64,000 nucleotides of DNA from an uncultured Candidatus Saccharibacteria bacterium (lineage in GTDB: Bacteria > Patescibacteriota > Minisyncoccia > Minisyncoccales > Minisyncoccaceae). A program made the translations under genes and the position numbers. Shown here piece after piece: positions 45,148 through 53,400 of this stretch. The notes below the pieces were generated by a model. That model was not told the origin of the DNA, searched no databases, and saw only the letters and a program-made list of their open reading frames with translations. Positions within the stretch are counted from its first letter, which is position 1, and each line of letters begins with the position of its first letter. The stretch lies in contig OZ246399.1 of the NCBI GenBank assembly GCA_965230985.1, positions 46,564 to 110,563 on the forward strand, in the 5' to 3' direction.

Positions 45148-45549
45148 TCACTTCAATGTATGTGGCTCTGTAACATTTTCGGTAATAGTCCAAATTGTAT
45201 AAAAACGACTGTATTGGCGTCTGATTAAAACAACTGTCTTGTCGGATGATTTATAAAAATATCCTGATCCCATTTGATCCGTATATTCATATCCACGATC
45301 TTTCATAAACACCTCAACAGCCATTGGTCCACCTTGGCTTTTTGTTAGATATTTATTATCCGAGCCAGACAATTTTACAATATCCGACTTATCAAAAGTT
45401 AGTTGGGTAATGCCTTTAATTTGTGGCCAAGGATTACCTTCTTGGAAAATTACTGAGGAATATAAAGATAGAAAAACCCCAACAATCAAAATAATTGCAG
45501 AGACAAGTAATAATATCTTTTTATTTTTTGAATAATGTTCAAAAATCAT
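45148..45549 (-). CDS. Membrane-anchored hypothetical protein (133 aa)
   Basis: N-terminal TM plus a small extracytoplasmic domain. Confidence 0.5.
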   Translation of the reverse strand: MIFEHYSKNKKILLLVSAIILIVGVFLSLYSSVIFQEGNPWPQIKGITQLTFDKSDIVKLSGSDNKYLTKSQGGPMAVEVFMKDRGYEYTDQMGSGYFYKSSDKTVVLIRRQYSRFYTIWTITENVTEPHTLK

Positions 45550-45580
45550 AAGCTATTAATATTACATCAAGAAAACGCTC

Positions 45581-45772
45581 TTATGATAGAGAAAATAATT
45601 TGTCAATTGGAGTTTTTAACTCCTTCGCAATATTAAGCGCTAATTTAAGAGAGGGATTATATTTTCCTTGTTCAAGAAAAACGATAGTCTCTCGTCTTAC
45701 TCCAACTTTCTCTGCCAGCTCCTCCTGAGTAATACCGAATTTAATTCTATTTTTTTTAATCTCGTTTTTCAT
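45581..45772 (-). CDS. XRE-family HTH transcriptional regulator (63 aa)
   Basis: [43 protein letters not shown]. Confidence 0.85.
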   Translation of the reverse strand: MKNEIKKNRIKFGITQEELAEKVGVRRETIVFLEQGKYNPSLKLALNIAKELKTPIDKLFSLS

Positions 45773-46154
45773 CTTTAGGGTTATGTTTACTGTAATATTT
45801 AAAAATGAATGAGTAGGTAATCATCAGGATACAAACTGAAAAAGCCAAAGTCATAGCAATAGGTTGATAAAAAGGGTTTGCGTTACTAAGGGCGTACAAG
45901 ATGAACATAATAATTACTCCAATCCATGATGTCAGTTGGATAGCAAGCAGTGCCGATTTTCCCCCAATTTGGTAATCTCTCTCATCCGCTACAACTTCGA
46001 TTACTTTTTTCCTTAAATAAAAGAGTGTAAAGGATGATAAACCCAAAACCATGATCGGAATGAAAAAATTACGAAGAACCAAAAACTGACTAAATATAAA
46101 AGTCGTGATAACAACTATTCCCAACTTTATTTTGTTGTATGTTTTTAATGTCAT
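45756..46154 (-). CDS. Four-TM membrane protein (DUF2178-like), commonly paired with small XRE regulators
   Basis: Four hydrophobic segments. It overlaps the downstream XRE gene by 17 nt. The family call is tentative. Confidence 0.55.
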   Translation of the reverse strand: MTLKTYNKIKLGIVVITTFIFSQFLVLRNFFIPIMVLGLSSFTLFYLRKKVIEVVADERDYQIGGKSALLAIQLTSWIGVIIMFILYALSNANPFYQPIAMTLAFSVCILMITYSFIFKYYSKHNPKDEKRD

Positions 46155-46258
46155 ATTATTTGTTAATTATTTCTAACTATTTATATGTTAGAAAAACATA
46201 ACATTATTGTCAAGTAGGCATAGATAAATGGGTTGACTCCGATAATAAATTGTCTTAG

Positions 46259-46343
46259 CGGAGAGGGAGGGATTCGAACCCTCGGTACGTTTCCGCACAC
46301 AGTCTTTCCAGGACTGCCAATTAAGCCACTTTTGTACCTCTCC
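46259..46343 (-). tRNA. tRNA-Ser (anticodon GGA), class II with a long variable arm
   Basis: Hand fold: acceptor GGAGAGG/CCTCTCC, anticodon arm CAGTC-CTGGAAA-GACTG, variable arm GTGCG-GAAA-CGTAC, T arm GAGGG-TTCGAAT-CCCTC. Confidence 0.85.
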
Positions 46344-46346
46344 TAA

Positions 46347-47249
46347 CTAAATCTTCATCCCCCTCAAATTAGCCACCCTTTCTTCTACTGGCGGATGAGT
46401 TAAAAATAACTTATTAAACCAGCTCTTGCTTTCTTTTCCTCTAAAAGGAGAAGAAATAAAAAGATGGGCATTGGAACTATTAGCTGTTCTTAATCGACTA
46501 TCGTCTGAGGCAATCTTTTCTAAAGCACTTGCTAGTCCTTCTGGATATCTAGTTAATAATGCTCCTGAAGCATCGGCTAAAAATTCTCTTTTTCTAGAAA
46601 TTGATAATTGAATTAAAGTTGCGGCAATTGGAGCTAATATCGCCACAGCAATTCCAACAACCATCATAATGGCATTAGAATTAGAGTTATCATCATTATC
46701 CCTGTTCCCTCCCCAGAAACTTATTCTCAAGAAAAAATCTGTAATAATAGAAATCACTCCCACCAAAACAACGACCACCGTTTGCAAAAGCATGTCTTTG
46801 TTTTTAATGTGAGACAATTCGTGAGCAATAACTCCTTCGATTTCTTTCTTTTCTAATTTTCCTAAAAGACCCTTAGTTACTGCAACTACTGCATGTTTTT
46901 CGTCCCTACCTGTAGCAAAAGCATTAGGCTGAGCTTCATTTAGAATATATATTTTAGGCATAGGAATACCAACCGTAATACAAAGATTTTCAACAATTCT
47001 ATATAGTTCTGGATTATCGCTTTTTTCAATCGGCTTTGCTCCTGTAGACATCAAAACAATCTTATCTGAATACCAATAAGAAGAAATACTAGTTAAAACA
47101 CTAAAAATAACTGCAATGTATAATATTGCCGAGCTATTCATGATATAACTGAAGAGCCAGCCTAAAAGAATTACAAAAACAAGAAAAAAGGTTATCAAAA
47201 ACCATGTTTTCCTAACATTAGAATCAGCTATATTATATAGCGTTGGCAT
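46347..47249 (-). CDS. htpX: Zinc metalloprotease HtpX (M48)
   Basis: HELSHIKN motif, four TMs, and the C-terminal THPPVEERV. Confidence 0.9.
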   Translation of the reverse strand: MPTLYNIADSNVRKTWFLITFFLVFVILLGWLFSYIMNSSAILYIAVIFSVLTSISSYWYSDKIVLMSTGAKPIEKSDNPELYRIVENLCITVGIPMPKIYILNEAQPNAFATGRDEKHAVVAVTKGLLGKLEKKEIEGVIAHELSHIKNKDMLLQTVVVVLVGVISIITDFFLRISFWGGNRDNDDNSNSNAIMMVVGIAVAILAPIAATLIQLSISRKREFLADASGALLTRYPEGLASALEKIASDDSRLRTANSSNAHLFISSPFRGKESKSWFNKLFLTHPPVEERVANLRGMKI

Positions 47250-47380
47250 ACTATTTCTTTTTATCGAGCCCCCTCCTCTTCGTATCCCTTTCGGTGAGCT
47301 TATTGAATTTTCTTCTTAGTCTTTTTTTCTGCTTTAAAATACACTTAGAAATATTTTTCATAACTTTAAAATTTAACTTA

Positions 47381-47932
47381 TTAAAAACTGACCTTTGGTG
47401 TTATTTTCTCCCCCTCTTCAGCTACAAAAAATTCAGAAGCCTTGAATCCGAACATCTGTGCAATCATATTACTGGGGAACATTTCCAGTTTAGTGTTGAA
47501 ATCCATAACATTGCCATTGTAAAATCTTCTAGCTGCCTGAATCTTGTCTTCAGTATCTGTTAATTCCTTTTGTAACTCAAGAAAATTAACTGAAGCTTTC
47601 AAGTCAGGATAACTTTCTGATAAAGCGAATAAACTCTTTAATGTTCCTGATAAAGCATTTTCCGCCTCTCCTTTTTCTTTTAAACCAGTTGCGGACATAG
47701 CTTTGTTTCTTGCTTCAATAACCCTATCAAAAGTTTCCTTTTCGTGAGAAGCATATCCTTTTACTGTTTCAATAAGATTAGGAATCAGATCATATCTTCT
47801 CTTTAATTGAACGTCAATATCTGACCAGGCTTCTTTTACCCTGTTTCTTAAAGTAATTAGTCCGTTATATGCCACCATGACATATAATAAAACAACAAAT
47901 ATAGCGGCTAAGATGATAACAATTGTTGACAT
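47381..47932 (-). CDS. lemA: LemA-family protein
   Basis: N-terminal TM and YNGLITLRNRVKEAWSDIDVQLKRRYDLIPNL. Confidence 0.9.
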   Translation of the reverse strand: MSTIVIILAAIFVVLLYVMVAYNGLITLRNRVKEAWSDIDVQLKRRYDLIPNLIETVKGYASHEKETFDRVIEARNKAMSATGLKEKGEAENALSGTLKSLFALSESYPDLKASVNFLELQKELTDTEDKIQAARRFYNGNVMDFNTKLEMFPSNMIAQMFGFKASEFFVAEEGEKITPKVSF

Positions 47933-47933
47933 A

Positions 47934-48491
47934 TTATTTTTTTTTATTTTTAATTATTCTTTTTTTAACTTTTTTGACTTTTTCATTAACAATCTTAGTC
48001 TCCTTCTTGAATAAATCATATATTACACCAAATGGCTTGGTTTTCAAGAGCTTCTTTACTGCTTCAATTAATTCTTGAAATAAACTCTTTAATGAATCTA
48101 CTCCCTCCTCTATTTCATCAATTTCTCCCTTAAGTTGTTTTAATTTTTGAGAAACTTTTAACTCTGGATACTTTTCCGAGGCAGCAAAAGCAGCTCTCAA
48201 AACAATTGATAAAACACTACCAGCTTCTTTTTTTTCTTTAACTGTTGTTGCTTCTTCTGCCCTTCTTTTCGCTTCAGAAATGTTCTTCACAAAATCTTTT
48301 TCATAAGAAACATATTTTGATATTTCTGAAAGAACCTGATTAGCTAGTTCAATTTTTCTTTTTAAATAATTATCTACTTCTTTAAAAGCCTTAACTGTCT
48401 GTTTTTTAACTCTTATTAAAAACAAAAAATTTCCTAAAATGAATAAAAAGAAAAGAATAATTATTATTAATAAAACGTATAGGGTTTGCAT
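47934..48491 (-). CDS. Divergent LemA-like protein
   Basis: Same architecture as the adjacent LemA, with weaker motif conservation (SEKYPELK). Confidence 0.6.
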   Translation of the reverse strand: MQTLYVLLIIIILFFLFILGNFLFLIRVKKQTVKAFKEVDNYLKRKIELANQVLSEISKYVSYEKDFVKNISEAKRRAEEATTVKEKKEAGSVLSIVLRAAFAASEKYPELKVSQKLKQLKGEIDEIEEGVDSLKSLFQELIEAVKKLLKTKPFGVIYDLFKKETKIVNEKVKKVKKRIIKNKKK

Positions 48492-48520
48492 ATTTATATT
48501 ATATCAGAAAAAGAAACAAA

Positions 48521-48790
48521 TTAAAGGTTCTTATATATATCGTGCTTGCCGATAGAAATAAAAACCGCGTTATTATCTTCCAATTGAAAAATAATACGGT
48601 ATTGCATATTTACACTTATTGACCATAAGCCCCTAAGCCTCCCCTTAAGCGGATGCAACCTTAAAGAAGGATGAAATGGACTTTCTTTTAATATTTTTTC
48701 TTTTTTAACCGCCAAATCAACGATTTCCCGAGGAAGATCCTCTATATTGTTTAAAAAATCAGAAGCGTAGATAATGCTCTTAATTGTCAT
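48521..48790 (-). CDS. RelE/ParE-superfamily toxin
   Basis: HPSLRLHPLKGRLRGLWSISVNMQYRIIFQLEDNNAVFISIGKHDIY. Confidence 0.75.
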   Translation of the reverse strand: MTIKSIIYASDFLNNIEDLPREIVDLAVKKEKILKESPFHPSLRLHPLKGRLRGLWSISVNMQYRIIFQLEDNNAVFISIGKHDIYKNL

Positions 48791-49046
48791 TTAATTGAGC
48801 TCTATATTTATCAGCATTTTTAACAAGATCAGCAATAGATTTAGCTCTAATAATTTTACCCTTCTTATAATCTTCTCTTGCCCTTTTTGAACATTCCAAT
48901 AATTCTTCTTCTGAAATCATATCGTCATTCATGGAAAATAAATAGTTGACATACTGACTAACATTACTAAAACCATTTTTTTTAGCATTACGTTTTGCCT
49001 TTTTTTCCATTGCTTCTGTTGTTGAAATACTTAAAACTTTGCGCAT
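48780..49046 (-). CDS. Cognate antitoxin, family not assigned
   Basis: 88 aa. It overlaps the toxin gene by 11 nt and has a palindromic operator upstream. Confidence 0.6.
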   Translation of the reverse strand: MRKVLSISTTEAMEKKAKRNAKKNGFSNVSQYVNYLFSMNDDMISEEELLECSKRAREDYKKGKIIRAKSIADLVKNADKYRAQLNDN

Positions 49047-49066
49047 AGTTTTATATTTTTATTTTA

Positions 49067-49082
49067 TAATACAATTGTATTA
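49067..49082. promoter_or_regulatory. 16-bp perfect palindrome TAATACAATTGTATTA upstream of the antitoxin gene
   Basis: Read directly. It lies 21 nt upstream of the ATG at 49046. Confidence 0.55.
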
Positions 49083-49102
49083 CAGGATATCGAATCTGTC
49101 AA

Positions 49103-49396
49103 CTATTCTTCAATTATTCCCAAAACATCTTCTTCTTTTAAAACCAAACAATTTTTATCTCCTATTTTAATTTCATGAGAAGTATATTTACTAAACAAGA
49201 TTATATCCCCTTTCTTTATCTCCATTGGTATTGCCTTTCCTTGAGAATTTCTTTTACCAGGACCAACAGCAATCACTTTTCCCTGCTGTGGACCATCCTT
49301 TTCGGTTGATTGAAGAAGTAATATTTTTCCTTTATTTTTTTCTTCTGCTTTTAATTGTTCGATGACAATATTGCTTGATAACGGTTTTATCTTCAT
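49103..49396 (-). CDS. groES: Co-chaperonin GroES
   Basis: MKIKPLSSNIVIEQ...GKVIAVGPG...KKGDIILFSKY is the canonical GroES pattern. Confidence 0.9.
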   Translation of the reverse strand: MKIKPLSSNIVIEQLKAEEKNKGKILLLQSTEKDGPQQGKVIAVGPGKRNSQGKAIPMEIKKGDIILFSKYTSHEIKIGDKNCLVLKEEDVLGIIEE

Positions 49397-49493
49397 ATTT
49401 TTGTTTTGATTATATCAAAAAATCATCCAAATAGCGAACCTAAGTTGTGTTAAATTTTGTACAAAAAAATAAGAAAATGTATCACAGTTAAGT

Positions 49494-49525
49494 AATAATG
49501 GGACGAACTTGGAACCTTTTTGAAG
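49494..49525 (-). repeat. tRNA 3'-half-like remnant, copy C
   Basis: AATAATGGGACGAACTTGGAACCTTTTTGAAG. About 26 of 28 nt match copy B across ATGGGACGAACT(C/T)GGAACCTTTTTGA. Confidence 0.55.
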
Positions 49526-49966
49526 CTAAGTGTTTCTTTTTAGGGACGACATTAAGGCTTCTTTTATTCCATCTCTGATGGGAGCGTCTTTTTCTAAAAG
49601 TTTTATTTCTTCAAGAGATACCCATCTGTATAATTGATGTTCTTTACTTAACTCAATTTTTTCTAAATTAGATTCTACTTTATAAAAAACTAGAAGAAGG
49701 TCTATATCCTCAACCGTATCTAATCTATGTACAGCATCAACATTAAGAATATTTTTAACTCGAAATTCTTTAATATTAGGAATCTCTTCTCTTAATTCCC
49801 TATCCATGGTTTGTTTTATTGTTTCCCCCTTTTCCATTCTTCCTCCAGGAACGTCCCAAAACGTTTTTCCATTAACAGTTTTGAGCATAACCAGAGCTTT
49901 ATTTTTGGGATTAACTATAACTCCTTTTATTCCTACCTGATATATTTGTAGTTTTTTTTCGTCCAT
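49526..49966 (-). CDS. NUDIX hydrolase
   Basis: Nudix box GGRMEKGETIKQTMDRELREE. Confidence 0.85.
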   Translation of the reverse strand: MDEKKLQIYQVGIKGVIVNPKNKALVMLKTVNGKTFWDVPGGRMEKGETIKQTMDRELREEIPNIKEFRVKNILNVDAVHRLDTVEDIDLLLVFYKVESNLEKIELSKEHQLYRWVSLEEIKLLEKDAPIRDGIKEALMSSLKRNT

Positions 49967-50003
49967 ATTCTTTTAAAAAGTTTTACAGAGTTATCATATC
50001 ACA

Positions 50004-50030
50004 AAACAAAAACCGACAGAAGTGTCGGCT
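50004..50030 (-). terminator. Intrinsic terminator (CCGACA-GAAG-TGTCGG plus T-run on the minus strand)
   Basis: It lies just downstream, in the minus sense, of tRNA-like remnant E. Confidence 0.7.
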
Positions 50031-50036
50031 TAATTT

Positions 50037-50069
50037 TGCAGGGGCGGTGGGATTCGAACCATCTCAAAA
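50037..50069 (-). repeat. tRNA 3'-half-like remnant, copy E
   Basis: TGCAGGGGCGGTGGGATTCGAACCATCTCAAAA. It shares TTGCAGGGG and GGATTCGAACC with copy D. Confidence 0.6.
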
Positions 50070-50112
50070 CTCTAAGAAAAAAAGAAGTAAATAAAATGAA
50101 AGAATTTTGTGA

Positions 50113-50745
50113 TTATTTTATTTTCTGATATTCAAGATATGAGTAAATAAATAGATAAACAATCGAAATGATTAAGGGAACAAACATAAACCATATTGCG
50201 TATTGACTAAAAAAAACTCCTAAAAGTGTACTCAAAGCGGTTAGTTTAAACAACTTTTCTCCTAGTTTATGCGTTTTATCCCATACTGTTTCGCTAGCTA
50301 ACGTCCAAGGTAACTTAATTCCAATCGTATAATTCATTTTAGCATTTTTAAGCAAATCTCCACAAAAATAGAAAAGAAATGCAAATCCGGGCATCAAAAC
50401 TACATTCATATTCATATTAAAACCCCTATTCCAAGCAATAGTTATAGAATAAAGATAAAGAAAGAAAATATTAAAAGCGAGAATAAAGTTATCGTAAGAA
50501 TCATAAAATTTCTCGATATTTTTCTTTTGTGGATCTATTTTGGGAATAAAATAGAAAAGAATATTTACAAAAATCATTAAAAAAGGAAAAAAGAAAAGAG
50601 CTAAATTTTTATTCATATATCCATCGACATTCCCCTGCCAATTCCAATGCGAAGCCATTTTTGTTGGCATTATGGGTTGAAAATATATAGCAATGGCAAA
50701 AGCTAATAGAACCGTAATTATGTTTAAAATTTGTCTTTTATTCAT
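50113..50745 (-). CDS. SdpI/YhfL-family membrane protein with an N-terminal DUF1648-like region
   Basis: MASHWNWQGNVDGYM motif and multiple TMs. Confidence 0.65.
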   Translation of the reverse strand: MNKRQILNIITVLLAFAIAIYFQPIMPTKMASHWNWQGNVDGYMNKNLALFFFPFLMIFVNILFYFIPKIDPQKKNIEKFYDSYDNFILAFNIFFLYLYSITIAWNRGFNMNMNVVLMPGFAFLFYFCGDLLKNAKMNYTIGIKLPWTLASETVWDKTHKLGEKLFKLTALSTLLGVFFSQYAIWFMFVPLIISIVYLFIYSYLEYQKIK

Positions 50746-50788
50746 AAAACTAGATATTTATAATCTGTATAAATATCATATCACGCTG

Positions 50789-50816
50789 TTGACTTTTAAC
50801 GCAAATCTGATAATAT
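50789..50816 (+). promoter_or_regulatory. Promoter TTGACT-16-TAATAT, 8 nt before the ATG at 50825
   Basis: Hexamers read on the plus strand. No SD, so a leaderless transcript is predicted. Confidence 0.5.
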
Positions 50817-50824
50817 TGCTATAT

Positions 50825-51172
50825 ATGAATAGTTTGATAGCCAAACTAATCTCGGGAATAATAGGGATAGGAATATCAGCATATTTTCTTCCTGGCGTAA
50901 CCTATGATGGTAATTTTAAGACCATAATACTTGTTGGCCTAGTTATCGGATTACTAATGTATTTTGTCAGACCAATTCTTTCACTAGTCACCCTGCCCTT
51001 AAGGATAATAACATTGAATCTTTTCTCAATTATTATAATGATGTTTCTGGTCTGGCTAGTTGATTGTTTATTCCCTGCCGATATGTTCGAAATATTCGGA
51101 ATTAATAATATCTTTTTTACAACCCTAATCATCTGGGGAACTGAACAAATATCCTCAATGGCTTTTAAATAA
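50825..51172 (+). CDS. Four-TM membrane protein of the phage-holin-4 (PF04020-like) family
   Basis: MNSLIAKLISGIIGIGISAYFLPGV...VRPILSLVTLPLRIITLNLF. I prefer the internal start at 50825. Confidence 0.6.
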   Translation: MNSLIAKLISGIIGIGISAYFLPGVTYDGNFKTIILVGLVIGLLMYFVRPILSLVTLPLRIITLNLFSIIIMMFLVWLVDCLFPADMFEIFGINNIFFTTLIIWGTEQISSMAFK

Positions 51173-51173
51173 A

Positions 51174-51389
51174 ATGAACAATAATTTACTTATCGCACAA
51201 TCAGTAGTTTCGATTTTAATTGTTATCGCTATTCTTCTTCAGCAGAGAGGAACCGCTTTAGGTTCTGCTTTTGGAGGAGGTGGAGAAGTTTACAGCACAA
51301 GAAGAGGCATCCAAAAAAATCTTTTATGGGCAACTATAGTCTTGACCATCGCTTTTCTAGCTCTTACCGTGCTAAACTTGGTATACTAA
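51174..51389 (+). CDS. secG: Preprotein translocase subunit SecG
   Basis: 71 aa with two TMs and a Gly-rich loop LLQQRGTALGSAFGGGG. Confidence 0.8.
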   Translation: MNNNLLIAQSVVSILIVIAILLQQRGTALGSAFGGGGEVYSTRRGIQKNLLWATIVLTIAFLALTVLNLVY

Positions 51390-51393
51390 TTTA

Positions 51394-53400
51394 ATGAATT
51401 TAAAAAATAACAATACTCTTTCCGTCGGCAAGTGGCCGTCGAAAAAGCAATGGCTGCACTTCTTTAAGGTTCTAGAAAAGAAAGAAAAAATTGCCTTTGG
51501 CATTCTTTTAACGTTATTTATCTCTTCTCTTATCTTTCTTGTCTCATCATTCTACATTAAAAATACTAATGTAGTTCCCGCAGACTACGGAAGGATAAGA
51601 GAGGGGGTATTAGGACAGCCTCAGTTTATTAATCCCCTTTACGCTCCCTTATCAGATATTGATAAAGATTTAACTGAGCTAATCTTCTCTTCTTTAATGA
51701 CTTTCGATAATAATGGAAACATTGTTCCCGACTTAATTAATGATTATTCTATTGAAGACGATGGAAAAACTATTAATTTTTCCATTAAAGAAAATGCTAA
51801 ATGGCACGATGGAGTTCCCTTAACAATTGATGACGTTATTTTTACTATTGATTTAGTTCAAGATCCTGAATACTTATCCCCATTAAGAACTAATTGGCAA
51901 GGAGTTGAAATTGAAAAAATTTCTGATTACAAAGCACTTTTTAAATTAAAACAAGTTTACAGTGGATTTGAAGAATCTTTAGTTAACTTAAAGATATTAC
52001 CCAAGCATATTTGGAAAGATGTAAGTGTTCAATCAATAACATCAAATACTCAATTGAATGTTTTATCCCCCATTGGAAGTGGACCATATATGGTTAGTAA
52101 AACACTTCAAAGAAACGATAAAAGTATAAAGTCAATGATACTTAATGTAAATAAAGATTATTACGGTAAAGTTCCTCACATTCAAAGAATTGATTTTTAT
52201 TTCTATAACAACGAAAAAGATTTATTGAATAATCTAAAAAAAGGAAATCTTGATTCAGGAAATATTGAAATCAGTAATTACACAGACAAAAATTTCAAAA
52301 AATACAATTTGTATTCATTAGATACTCCTAACTACTTTGCTATATTTTTAAATAACGAAAAGAAACCTTTTGATTCAAAGGAAATAAGACAAGCCTTATC
52401 ATACATAACTAACAAGCAGGAAATAGCAGACAAAATTTTGGATGGTAAAGGAGAAATAATTGATTCTTTCCTTCTTCCTTCTTTCTATGGATTAAGCGAT
52501 CCCACCAGTGTATTATCTTACGATGAAGCTAAAGGACAAAATCTTTTAGATAAAAATGGATATACATTAAAAGATGGATTGAGAAAAAAAGTTATAGAAA
52601 AATCTAGCGGCTTCAAATTCAGTCAAACCCTACAGATTGGAAGCAACAATGCTGAAGTCAAAAAACTTCAAGAATGCTTGGCTAGTGATTCAGAAATATA
52701 CCCATCGGGAACGATTTCTGGAAAATTCGGACAAGAAACTAAAACAGCAGTCATTAAATTTCAAGAAAAATACAAAGACGATATTCTTACTCCTAATAAT
52801 TTAACTGAAGGAACTGGCAAGGTTGCCGGAGCAACAATTAAAAAATTAAATGAAGTTTGCTTCGTTGTCCCTAATGAAGAAATACCATTATCGTTCGTTT
52901 TAAAAACTACGGACAATCCAATATTGATTGCAACCGCTAATTTAATAAAAGAACAATGGGAAAAACAAGGAATAAAGATAGAAATACAAACAATGAATGA
53001 AAACGATATTAAAAAAGTTATTAGAGAAAGAAACTTTGATATTCTTCTTTTTGGAGAAAAATTAGGAGGCATCCCTGATCCAATTCCCTTCTGGCACTCT
53101 TCACAAAGAGTTGACCCAGGACTAAATCTTTCTTTATATCAAAACACTAAAGCTGATCAATTAATGGAGAAAGCTAGAAAATATTCTAACTTTGAGGATA
53201 ATAATAGAAAAAAGACATTAGAAGACTTACAAAATATTATAATCGATGATGCTCCAGCTATTCCCCTTTTCACAACTAATTACTTGTATTTGATAAATAA
53301 GAACGTGAAAGGATTTTTAACTCAAAAAATTATTGAATCATCAAAAAGATTTGTTGATATTTCAAATTGGTATATTAAAGAAAAAAGAGTATGGAAATAG
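51394..53400 (+). CDS. Membrane-anchored family-5 (peptide/nickel type) solute-binding protein with an inserted peptidoglycan-binding domain
   Basis: SBP_bac_5-like regions (WHDGVPLTIDDVIFT) and an inserted PG_binding_1-like block GSNNAEVKKLQECL...FGQETKTAVIKFQEKY. Confidence 0.75.
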   Translation: MNLKNNNTLSVGKWPSKKQWLHFFKVLEKKEKIAFGILLTLFISSLIFLVSSFYIKNTNVVPADYGRIREGVLGQPQFINPLYAPLSDIDKDLTELIFSSLMTFDNNGNIVPDLINDYSIEDDGKTINFSIKENAKWHDGVPLTIDDVIFTIDLVQDPEYLSPLRTNWQGVEIEKISDYKALFKLKQVYSGFEESLVNLKILPKHIWKDVSVQSITSNTQLNVLSPIGSGPYMVSKTLQRNDKSIKSMILNVNKDYYGKVPHIQRIDFYFYNNEKDLLNNLKKGNLDSGNIEISNYTDKNFKKYNLYSLDTPNYFAIFLNNEKKPFDSKEIRQALSYITNKQEIADKILDGKGEIIDSFLLPSFYGLSDPTSVLSYDEAKGQNLLDKNGYTLKDGLRKKVIEKSSGFKFSQTLQIGSNNAEVKKLQECLASDSEIYPSGTISGKFGQETKTAVIKFQEKYKDDILTPNNLTEGTGKVAGATIKKLNEVCFVVPNEEIPLSFVLKTTDNPILIATANLIKEQWEKQGIKIEIQTMNENDIKKVIRERNFDILLFGEKLGGIPDPIPFWHSSQRVDPGLNLSLYQNTKADQLMEKARKYSNFEDNNRKKTLEDLQNIIIDDAPAIPLFTTNYLYLINKNVKGFLTQKIIESSKRFVDISNWYIKEKRVWK

